DNA of 45,959 nucleotides from Perkinsus olseni (Eukaryota): NCBI GenBank assembly GCA_013115125.1, contig JABANN010000264.1, positions 1 to 45,959 of the forward strand, read 5' to 3'. Shown piece by piece: positions 35,954 to 45,959 of this stretch (position 1 is its first letter; each line of letters starts with the position of its first letter). The notes under the pieces were generated by a model. It saw only the letters and a program-made list of their open reading frames with translations, ran no database searches and was not told where the DNA came from. The position numbers and the translations under genes were made by a program.

Positions 35954-38197
35954 CTACGCCACCACTGGCTCTTCTTGAACGACTTCAGGAGCTGATGCTC
36001 TCATTGCTATACTCGGATCGGAGGTGCTGAAACAACAGAACCGTCAAGATGTAATCAACAACACAGGGAGTGCGAGTCGATGGAAACAACGGGGAAGGAC
36101 AAGTAAGGCAAATTACATGGCAGGCGGTTTACCTGTTTGCGGCCACTAGGCACGTGGGAGGCTGCTCATAATCGCCGTCGACCAGGAGCTTGCAAAGATA
36201 ACCCTGGAAATCTGTGTAGACGCTTGTCGGCAATGCTGTGCCGTCTAGCTGAGTCAGCAGTGGACCCTGAGCAGAGCCAAATACAGTCTGAAAAGGACTA
36301 AGACTGAGACTGAGAGGGCCTTCTTCCCGCAGCGGTTTCTAGGCAGGAGGACACCCCAGCGAGGAGCTACCACGAACAGGGAATCCAACAAAACCCTTAC
36401 CCCAGTGACCGGCATCGAAACCTCGGCAGTGGCGTTCTTCGACTGCATGAAGAGAGCTTGGTTCTTCGTGTAATTGTAGTGACAGTGTTCAACCGCGCCA
36501 AACTTAGCGCCCTAAAATAAAATACACTTCCACACAGAAATGACTTGAGATCAACCACCATAAGTAAACGGGAATCCACAAATTGAAGCCGAAAGGAGCA
36601 AAAACGTTGAAAACAGAATTTCTTAAGCAAGCTTCACGAAACGTTCGAAGGACACGGCCTACCGTGAAGCCTGGAACCACTCCAATACAGCCGGCTGCAA
36701 CTGCCTCTAGCTTGAATTGGAACTGAAGGCCGCGGGGAGCCATGAGATGCGAGACAGGAAGCGCTCGGTGCCTGCTCACCCAGAAAGCCATGACATCAGT
36801 GAAATTCTGCAACCTGTTGGTAATACACGCGACCGTAGCCAAAGCGCTGACAGCGTCGCCATCGAAGGCATCTGTGAGCGTCGAGTGCCAACGCCAACGC
36901 ATTAGCCCGCTGAAGCCCCTCACCAATGACACAGCGCTGATAGGCATTGAGAGCGCACTCAGAAGTGCCGTGGATGCAGGAGGCCCCTCCACCGAAGGAC
37001 GGTATCATTTGACCGTAGGGCACCAAACTTATGTTCAGATTAGCATACCTGGCTTAGATGAACTAGACAGGCAAGGCGAGTGATAGATCCACTGACCCCT
37101 TGAAAGAAGGCAAGGCGGGATTGAGTTGCTCACTGATGAACGTGATGCTGGCGGGGTCGAGAGAACCATAGTACCTACGTGTTGAGGGAAGGGCATCAGG
37201 GAGAGAGGATCAACCCAGACCCTACAAGCTGAGAGAGATGGTCGGTCGGCACACCCGAGGCATTTCGTAGCTGTTATTCTTCAGGTAGCCGCAAACGTAC
37301 CCTTTGAAATCGACGTAAGCGTCGGGCATCTGCTGGCCCTTTTCGTCCGTTAGCCAAGGGACGTACTGCAAGGAGTAGAAGTCGCTAACAAGCAGAGTTT
37401 CTGACAGTATCAGCACCTGCTTCGATGGTTCTAGGCTATCAGTCTCGTTCTTGGCGACCTCCTCGAGTCTGGCTGACCACTCGGGAGAGGTGTAGCACAT
37501 TTCAACCTCGGCAAACTTCAGGCCCTGAAGCTGACGATGGACGGAGCAACCGCGGGGTGAACGGCGATACATCGAAGTTGGTGTCCTCTAACACGCACAT
37601 CAGAGCGAACGTCTCCATCGGTATCTGCAACAGAAAAGTAGCGGTTGCGTTAACTCTCAGTTGGCTCACATAATCAACGCCGGTGAAGTTGTAATTTTGG
37701 AAAGCTTTTTCCATGCACAGGATAACCGGAAGGTACTTCGCTGGGTCGTTGTCGAAGACATCTGCGTTGTTATGAAGTCAAACCCTTGCCGAACTTGGTG
37801 AAGCTTACCAATAATGCATCGATGGTAGGCGTTTCCCGCACACTCGGTGTCACCGTGCTGACAAGTGCCGTTGCGGACGTTGCCATATGGGATAAGCTTC
37901 ATATCCAAATTCACGAACCTGAGCAGTTGTTGAATATTGCATTCGCACCGAGCTGGGGCTCTCACTTAGCGGTCTCTGGATCATCGATAAATGGAGCGAC
38001 CTGGTCAACCATGAACCTCTGACAATAGGGGCACAGAGTCTCGTAGTATCTGGAGAGAGTTGTTCGAGCAGAGAAGGGAGGGGACGATAGGCGTACAGTT
38101 GGAAGTGTAGCGCAGGGGAAGCCGGAGTTGAACTTTTGTAGGCTTTATAGCCAGCAAACGTTGCGACTGCTGCTATCGTAGAGACGATCTTGATCAT
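35954..38197 (-). CDS. GILT (gamma-interferon-inducible lysosomal thiol reductase) family protein with two tandem GILT domains
   Basis: Signal peptide; domain 1 YYETLCPYC..LIPYGN..CQHGDTECAGN..YVPW..YVC; domain 2 YYGSLDPAS..LVPYGQ..CIHGTSECALN..GYLC. Exons splice in frame. Confidence 0.88.
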
Positions 38198-39165
38198 GAT
38201 GACTAGGTGTGGGGGAAGTAACCAGCTCACGAGGAAGCGGAGGAAAGGAAGGGCAATGAGGGGCTTGTCCAAGCGCGACGAGACGGTTTCAGCACGCGTG
38301 CACGTCAAAAAGTATCTTGCGCATGCGTGCAGTAGACTTTTCATGTTACATTCCGGTCACCCTTCGATATTCCACCTACACTGCTATAAGTCTGAAAGTC
38401 TATACTACTTACTATCGATTGGTAGCCTGTGCTGCTGCTTGCGGGCGTTTGTCTGTCTGTTTGGCTGGTTAAGACCACTGATGAACTTTTCACTTGTGAT
38501 CCGTGTAATCTATCATGTCAGGCGTGCCCGTTTCCACCCAAAAAACAAGACTGCTACGCTTGGTAGCCGCATCGAGACAGAGCTGGTCGTCCGACCATGC
38601 GGATGCGTGCAGGATGTTGTAAAGACACTCGCAATCGTGTTCGTGTGAAGTAACCTGTAGTTTCGGCGGAGGCCACTGACCTAGTGTCTCCGACTCGGTT
38701 TTTCTATCGCTTCCGCTTCCTCTCGTTGTTGTTTCAGCGACAACTCTCTGCCATTGGTTGCAATTCTCACGGGAACGGTGAAAATGTTTCTCAGTGAGTT
38801 CTTGAGTTGTTCATCATTACGGCGCCGGCGTGTGGATCCTGTCGTCCATGTGCCTGCCGACATCATGTCGCTCGTCCAAGGACGGTGAACAATTATTCTC
38901 GCGCGCCACAAAATTAGAATCGTGCTGGTGTTGTTCGTCATCATGTTGTGATGGCCGTTGCCTCTCCCTATGAAAACGAGCTCGATGCAGCCATCGACAA
39001 ACTCCGGTCTCTGACGGCTAAGCAGGGTAAGTTCTCCCACACAATCAACTTCAAGTCGATCATCAAGTTACGCTAACCATAGAAGGATACTAACACTCTC
39101 TGTTGTTGTTTTTATTGTTAACAGGTTCCCTTGCAGCTTCGCGATCGGAGAGGACCCTGGCCATC

Positions 39166-42100
39166 ATGTTCGGTGGAAAGAATAAGGCGAGAAAAGCAAA
39201 GCAGCGGCGTGTCGCTCAAACTGGTAGGCGGAACACTGCGGCCTGTTTCACGGAATATTTATGAAAAATTTTTTGGTGCAAATGTGAATACTGAGAAGAA
39301 CTCTGAATGATACGATCCTCGAGTAATTTCATAATTTTATCTTTCCGTTTCCCATACCAAATTTTTCAGTATTGTTTCTTGTTGAACACGACTTCTTCGC
39401 CTAGTGATGCGCCGTAGTATATGATGACAATCATGAGGACGTTGATTCGATGGTGAATATCCTTGCGACAAATTTATTTGCCACTTCATAGTTGGTGACG
39501 CTTAGAATAAGACAGAAGGTCTTCGCTATGAGAGGAGAGTTAATCATCAAGTTCCGCATAGAAGCCGGGCCTCACGCCAAAAAATCGTTCGTCTGCATGA
39601 TACCTTCCCAGTATTGCCATCGGCAACTACTTTTTCAGTTTCGTCTCATCCAAAAGCTTCGCCAACTTTCGCCCACCAATTCCAACGTAACAGGTAGTAG
39701 CCTGCGGTCATCGTCATCATCACCGCGGAACCGAACTTCTGGCAAATTCTGAGGTGGATGCGCTGCTTCTTTACCGCGATGTCTGTCAGTACAGTTAGAA
39801 ATGAACCGCTTGGGTGGTTCCTGTTTCTCATCTCGAACGCTTGCGGGATGAATCTTTGATAGTCGTCTTGTGAAGGAAATTCATGCTGTGTTAACCACGA
39901 TGAAAGGAAGTCTCTCTGGTTGAATGTACCCGTGAGGAGAGCTCTTTGGCAATCCGTTTAATCGCACTGCATGTCAACGCTACAGAGAGACCCCAACTGA
40001 GCCATTCGACAAGAGCCAAACTAAGCCGGAACAACCGCAGGCGTTGGACTATAAACTCACACACACAACACAAAACGCGATGAAAGATGTCCTTGGAACT
40101 AGGCCTTGTCGTACCCTAATTGTCTAATAAGAGCTGGGTCATGAAAATTGAGATCGGTTTTGATTGCAAGTTTGCAGTAAACTTAAGACAGTAGGCGCCC
40201 TCCTTTATAGCGATTCATTACTCGAGACCAATCCTTCACCTTTGGCAGGTACGAGGAGCTCTACAACTGCTACAGCAGCCCGAACCTCCTACCTTCGACT
40301 ATGGGCAAAGTAAAGCCTAAGATACGTGAAGCACGTAAACTGACGAGCGGACGGCGTGAAGAGAGAGGAAAGACACGTGACGCAATGTCAAACAGTTTTA
40401 TAACAAGAAGTAATTTGGTGATTCGTGGCGAGAGGGTCGAAGAAATGACGGCAGCGTTCGCTTCGGTGAGAGTAGCTCTGTGAGATGAGGAGGAAACGAC
40501 GGAGCGAGTTCTCTATTGCTACTGTGTGCGGTACTTTCGGATCATGGGTGTATTATTCCTCATACCACTCCTTCCGGAATCTTTTCCCCCAGCTCGACGA
40601 TTTGAAATGCCAGTCTGCGCGCGATGCATGGAGACGTCAATCGGCTGCAAGCGAATCACCTTTTTGTCGTGGACTGTCGTCGGTCTTCTCATCACCAAAA
40701 ATAGTTTTCTGATATTCTCCAGTGCCACTCGTACTGGCTATTTTCGAGCAGGTGATAAGCCTCGAGAAGCCGACCATTCTCGCGCAGCTCAGGGACGTAC
40801 TTTCCCGGAGAAAGTTGTTGAAGTGGAGCAGCGACCGCCGATGAGGTACTCGAGGTCTCGTGAAATCAATCTTGTGATGGTTGCCGGTACTGAGCGCTGC
40901 TTTCACTCTGAATTTGAGTACTACTGCATGGCCGTTGGAAGGGAATCACGGCGTTCGTGGTTACCTGTTTCCGGGAAGTTGTTGAACGTAGATAATGTTC
41001 AGAGGTTGCTAATGAGGGGGGGAGTTGGAAATTTCAACTCCCGTGGGGAGGAGAGTTTCCTGTTCTTCAGACGCCCTCGCGCGGCCCAGGAAATTGCCCG
41101 GTCGCGCCGGAATGCTATCAAGCGGAAGCTACTCGGACGTAGTATTATCTTAGGGAACGCTGAAGTCTGAGCCGCCACTGCGCCACGATATTTTTCACTT
41201 GCTAAAATTTTCAGAGTCTTCCTCAACCAGTTTGGCGAATGCTCCAAGGGTTGCTAAACCGTTGGCGGATGAAGAGTTGGAAGAGTTCAGAACACTACTG
41301 TTGGGATACTTCGGTAACATGCGTTCCGAAATGGATGGTATGAATAATTTATCAGAATTGGTTTACCGGAGAACTCGGAACTGAATGCGCCCTTCCTAGG
41401 TTGAATAGCAGAATTCGTTTCAGGGTCTCGTCGGAAGGCTCTGAAGTTCATCGACGACAACAGCTCTGGTGAAATATCGCGCTCGGAATTGCAGGCGGCG
41501 ATGTCGACACTTCTCACACGCGTCAGCCATTCTGGGAATGTGCGAACGAGCGTCTCATCGGAGGGCAGAGCGGCGGATGTGATCGAGGAAGGAGAAGGCA
41601 GGGGACCGCTTGTCGCCGCTTTCTTACGGATTTACTTCAGACGTCAGTAATCGATTCACGAAGTTGCTTGAGCACATTGGAAATAGCGCCTATTATACGG
41701 ACCGTTTGTTTAAAGTAAGTGGAAGAGATTGGCCCTCTGTGAGTTGCTTCGCTCCGCTAAGTTCTCTGTCGATTCATTTTCCTCGCGATTTTTGTGACTT
41801 GGATATGCTTGCTTATCGGCAGACACTGGATGCGGACGGCAGTGGGTCCATCTCTCCGAAAGAACTCCTACCTTCGCCTGAGCTCAGGCAGAAGGAGTGG
41901 AGTTTGATGACGACTGATGAGAAATGGAATCGGTGAGTCCCGGGCTCGATCCGAGTTCATGAGAGAGCCGACGCATTCAGTGGATGTATCTGCGTTTTCA
42001 CGACCTGAGTTTTTGGATTGTCGTGGGTCGTTCCAATTTAGTTACTTGGGGGAGTCTGTGCAGCACCCGGAGAAGCGCGCTTCGAGTGATGATGAAGACG

Positions 42101-43508
42101 ATGGTAGCGCTTTCACTTGCTTTACACTAGCGTTTCTCGATGGATTGGCGGCTCCTCTGAAGGCAGTGGGGTGAGCTGTATCTTCTTTCAGCGCATCATC
42201 CTCCTTCAACACGGCTATTAGTCCAGACTCGGGAGCCGCTATGGAGCGGTGAGTCCGTGCTTGCATGGGCTGCGTGGCTTGGCATGTCTGGATAGGGTGC
42301 GATCAGGACCGATAGCTCGGGATAAGGAGGCTCGGCTTCGACGTTTACTAAAGCTCGAGCGTGAGAAGAATTTTATGCGGCTGAAGGTAGCGTTGTTATC
42401 CCAGGGAAAGAAATCGACAGATACCGGGTAGTTCGGGATGTTGGGTAACTCGTATCATATTTGTCGCGACATTCAGTGCTTACGGCTTCCGAGCGCAGGA
42501 AGAGGTTAGGAATAAAGTCAAATCTATCAAGCTGTACTTGAAAGGTGAGGATAAAGTTCCGATACCGGGACTCGAACCCGGGTCGCCTGGGTGAAAGCCA
42601 GGTATCCTAACCAGCTAGACTATATCGGACTGGTATGTTATGTCACATGCTCACACCCATCCAATGCCAGACTTGAATCAATCCCGCCGTGATCTCCATC
42701 ATACCCGAGTGCACTTGGCTACTCTATTGAAGAGATCATCTAGGATGGCCGAGATACGCGCGAAGTAATGAATCATCGCTATTTCCCCCGACTGTAGGCA
42801 GCCTTCACAGCTGATGGTCGTCTGTGCATCTGCGGAATCAGAAGGCAGTAGGCCACGCTGCCGCATCCGTGAATCTCTACAGCTTAGAGGCATGCGTCCA
42901 ATTCGAAGTATGCATGAGTGGGAAAAGGCGAATGGCGTCGATCGGAGATCGAAGCCATGGTGAAAACTAGATGAATGGTGGAATTCGAACTCGGAGAGGA
43001 GTTTTCGATAATATAATTGTTCATGCACCTAGCTCAGAATGTACACGATCAATTGCGGCAGTGCTGTTGCACAGTTGATGATAATACCGTTCGTGGTCGT
43101 GTTATTTTTCAGGGCTGCCCTTGAGAAAGAGAGGCTGGTGGAGGAGGAGAAAGCGCGCAGGTAGGCAGCATCGGAGGTTACCGTGCGCGATGCTTCCCTG
43201 ATCCTCAGGGCAATCGTGAGTCAGCACCGATCAAATACGGTGCTATCGTCGGTGCAATTTGGCGTCGATGCTCTGGTGAGTTGGCCTCGCTGAGTTCATC
43301 ACGATCGATCGACGTGGATGGATGGGATTATTATTAGGTTATACCGGAGGAAATCGACGAAGATTTGTTGAGCGACAACGAGTCAGAGGACTCGGCGGAA
43401 ATAAGAAGACGGCAGCAGTTTGAGCGGAGACGATGTAACTTTAATAGGGGAAGGAGTAACGTGTTCCGAATGGATAGTTTCGATTCTCCGTTGGAGGAAG
43501 TGCATTGA
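39166..43508 (+). CDS. Large multi-exon EF-hand-containing hypothetical protein
   Basis: EF loops FIDDNSSGEISRSEL (~41447-41491) and LDADGSGSISPKEL (~41826-41867); coiled-coil C-terminal exons. The 5' half may be a separate gene. Confidence 0.55.
42557..42629 (-). tRNA. tRNA-Glu(TTC)
   Basis: TCCGATA-TA-GTCTAGCTGGTTAGGAT-A-CCTGG-CTTTCAC-CCAGG-CGAC-CCGGG-TTCGAGT-CCCGG-TATCGGA-A: complete cloverleaf with perfect acceptor, anticodon and T stems. Confidence 0.97.
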
Positions 43509-43996
43509 TATAGTGGGCCTGGCTTCCGTAGTATTTCGGAGATAGCTATGACGCGTGTTGTCACCATGAGAATATCGAGTGGGGGTGTCTTGGTCCTCTA
43601 ATGGTTGGCTTCTACGAAATTGAACAGTTATGCTCTCTTTTTTGTGATAACTTTTTGCCAGTTATGGCGGGTATCAGCGGTTCTGTTGTTGGCCAGAGTG
43701 CTCGACTTGTCGTATGTCAGCGGCAATCGAGCCCTTGGCAGCGGACGTCAGGAGTCGATTCGCTCAAAGCACTCACTCGGACCAGAACCAGGCTATTCGC
43801 TTCACGAGGAGCGCTACTCCCACTCAAGAATGATTTACGGGAGATGTGGTATGTATCATGTACTAGACTTGAACGATGGCGCCGTGTAATATTCGTCCTA
43901 CTGAAGCCGTTTGAGTTGGAGAAAATGCGGATGGTGTGGTATGACATAATTCTGCACGCATGCACAAGAGCATTTTGTTCCAAACAATACTGCCAA

Positions 43997-44689
43997 ATGG
44001 CCGCCAAGGACATTCCGACGGATTTAAAGAAGCAGATGCAACGGTCGTTGGTGAAGGTGAGGAAATGCAAGATTCTCCAAGACTCCAAGATATGCTTTCC
44101 TTTCAGCACACGGACATGGTAGGAGACTCCGGTGGAGAAGTGGTGGATCTGATTGTTGGGGCGATCGATAAGCATTCCACTCCGGATGGAGTGAACATGG
44201 AGGTACCGCGGGATTTTCGCTCTTGTGTGGAAAACTGCTGCGGTTGAACTTGAAGCGCCGAGGCGACTAACTTATACGCAGCGAGTTGCATCTCGGAAGA
44301 GTCGAGACTTTTTTAAAATGAGATTAACTAGTCCCTGGTTGCTGTGACCACTCGGGTGACTGATCATTGTGTGTCTTCTCGTTCAGGCTGCAGCCCGGTT
44401 GATCAAAGATTCTCTGGATAAACAGTACGGTATAACGTGGCATTGTGTCCTTGGCAAGGGGTTTAGCTTCGACATCTCCGCCCAGGTGAGAGCTTCTGCT
44501 GGTAGAAGTGGTAGTAAAGCCAGTCTTGCTCACCATAATCGCCCATCATCGGTAGTCGGCTACTAGTAACCACACGACTTTCTGATTGAATGAGCAGGGA
44601 ATAGTGGATGCATACAGCCTTTTCAGAACGGGTCATTGATGTACTGTTACTATCAAGGAGATATCGCCATACTAGTTTTCAAGTGCTGA
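43997..44689 (+). CDS. DNAL4: Dynein light chain, LC8 family (DNAL4-like, axonemal)
   Basis: SLVK|HTDM..EVVDLIVGAIDKH..NME|AAARLIKDSLDKQYGITWHCVLGKGFSFDISAQ|NGSLMYCYYQGDIAILVFKC*. Confidence 0.88.
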
Positions 44690-45562
44690 GGTACATGTCA
44701 ACATGCTGTGATGCTCATCATGACTCGTCACTGAGTAGGAGTCGGTCAATTGGAGATAAGTACTCGTCTCCTGGAAGGTAGATTAGCTCGCATCTTGCGC
44801 GGTAGGAGAGTAACGCGGCAGCAGCAGACTGCCGGTCAAACCCTAGGCCCGAGGGCTTCGAGTTCCTCTCCTCGTGTTAGTCAAGACTGGACTCAGTATT
44901 GACTACCATCGCTGAGCAACCGGGCCGAGGTTGCGTGAAGAGGACAAGAGGGATGTCTCGTCGTCAGAAGAAAACTTCGAACCCGAGTATAACGGAACGT
45001 ATGTTGTTTCATCGACACACCAGTGTCACGAATAGTTGTGAGTTATACAACTCAGAGTCTACAACCGTTGGTCGGCGTTTCAGAAACGCAAAGCGTACGA
45101 GTCAAACTTGGAAACCAAGCTCTAGGTAGACCGACTCTGCAACCCTTGCCGTCAGCAATCCAACTGTTTACAAAACTTGCCTGCGCATAGCGATAGCATA
45201 GCAAAGGGACTTGCGAATAGCCTACTGTTGATGAATATATTCGGTCCTTGAGGGACTCTCCACGAGCTGGTAGGGTAGTCAGTGGATCGTTCGGCTGACA
45301 AGTTGTCGGCAGCTAATAGCAACCGTCACTAGCCTGCCGATGATCTTCTGTTTTGATATGAATCTCGAGAGAAAATGAATAAGAATGATAACGGAGGCAC
45401 CAGTGCCATTGTCTGAGAAGGATCAGGATCTGTGCTCGGTCGAGTCGACCGGGTGGAGGCGAACGGATACGATGTACACAATACCAAAGCGAAGCGGCTT
45501 GTAGAAGATAACATGACAACCCTTTGGTCGTCAGCCAGCGTACCACATCGACTCCGAAAACC

Positions 45563-45910
45563 TTAGATCACTAGGCTCTGGCCGCCCATGGGCACCGGGG
45601 TGGTAGAGGTTTGAGTGAGCCCAACCCTGCCAAAGGGAACCAGTTCTCTCTCTCCGTACATGTTCGCAATAGAAACGTAGATAACTTCGTCGTTCCCGAC
45701 CAGGAGTGAATAGAAGCTATCTATACCCAAGTCTGGACAGAGAGCAGTAATCCGACGGCGAACGTCGATTGGAGCTTCGAAAAAGTGGTAATTAGCTCCT
45801 GGAGGTTGACGAAGGCGAAGAGTCTCCCGGATACTATCGCGTTGATAGCAACTGATTTCTAGTTCCACATTTGCAATTCTACCACCGTTTTTTTTACGGT
45901 CCAAGACCAT
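45563..45910 (-). CDS. 3' exon of a hypothetical protein (starts beyond window)
   Basis: 115-aa ORF with globular composition; no recognised domain. Confidence 0.4.
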   Translation of the reverse strand: MVLDRKKNGGRIANVELEISCYQRDSIRETLRLRQPPGANYHFFEAPIDVRRRITALCPDLGIDSFYSLLVGNDEVIYVSIANMYGERELVPFGRVGLTQTSTTPVPMGGQSLVI

Positions 45911-45959
45911 TCATCCGAATGGAGAAGGGAAAGATGTATAGTATGATAATCATACATCT

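Noticed and set aside
36493-36520. GCGCCAAAC / GCGCCCTAAAAT motif-like strings
   Set aside because: Correspond to a GILT acceptor site and exon start (GAKFGAV) on the minus strand.
36832-36840. ACCGTAGCC, matching the start of the perkinsid/dinoflagellate spliced leader
   Set aside because: Only 9 nt match, and it is the antisense of GILT coding sequence; no full SL or SL-RNA gene was seen in the window.
36742-37083. 113-aa + strand ORF with signal-like segment
   Set aside because: Antisense shadow of the second GILT domain exons.
39405-39455. ATGATGA C-box-like sequence suggesting a snoRNA
   Set aside because: No terminal D box or stem; reads as a small exon (YDDNHEDVDSM) followed by a GT donor.
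44845-44875. GAGGGCTTCGAGTTCCTC T-arm-like sequence
   Set aside because: Needs an insertion and mismatches to fit a B box; too degenerate to count, as are the A-box-like strings at ~17984 and ~31160.

Overview
This is gene-dense eukaryotic DNA with many short (mostly 45-60 nt) GT/GC-AG introns. Gene content, intron style and the lineage-specific secreted families suggest an alveolate, most likely Perkinsus; that is an inference and was not checked by search. Recognisable genes are a phosducin-like/TXNDC9 protein, a helical-repeat organellar protein, ARF1, a Rab5-family GTPase, a DUF1445 (D-glutamate cyclase-like) gene with a novel N-terminal extension, an EEP-superfamily phosphoesterase with a hydrophobic insert, a two-domain GILT, an EF-hand protein, a DNAL4-type dynein light chain and an intronic tRNA-Glu(TTC). 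Positions 0-4.5 kb and 11.7-17.7 kb hold an expanding and decaying family of secreted Cys-patterned proteins. The most unusual signal is non-coding. First, tRNA-derived sequence (B-box/T-arm, sometimes a whole degenerate tRNA) sits repeatedly inside spliceosomal introns, and in several cases supplies the 5' splice site or fills the whole intron. Second, an orientation-independent motif (AATTTCGTGGCGCGCGAGAA) recurs about 9 times, mostly in introns. A secreted ORF carrying RVxF+SILK PP1-docking motifs is also notable. All gene models were spliced by hand, so exon boundaries are approximate.
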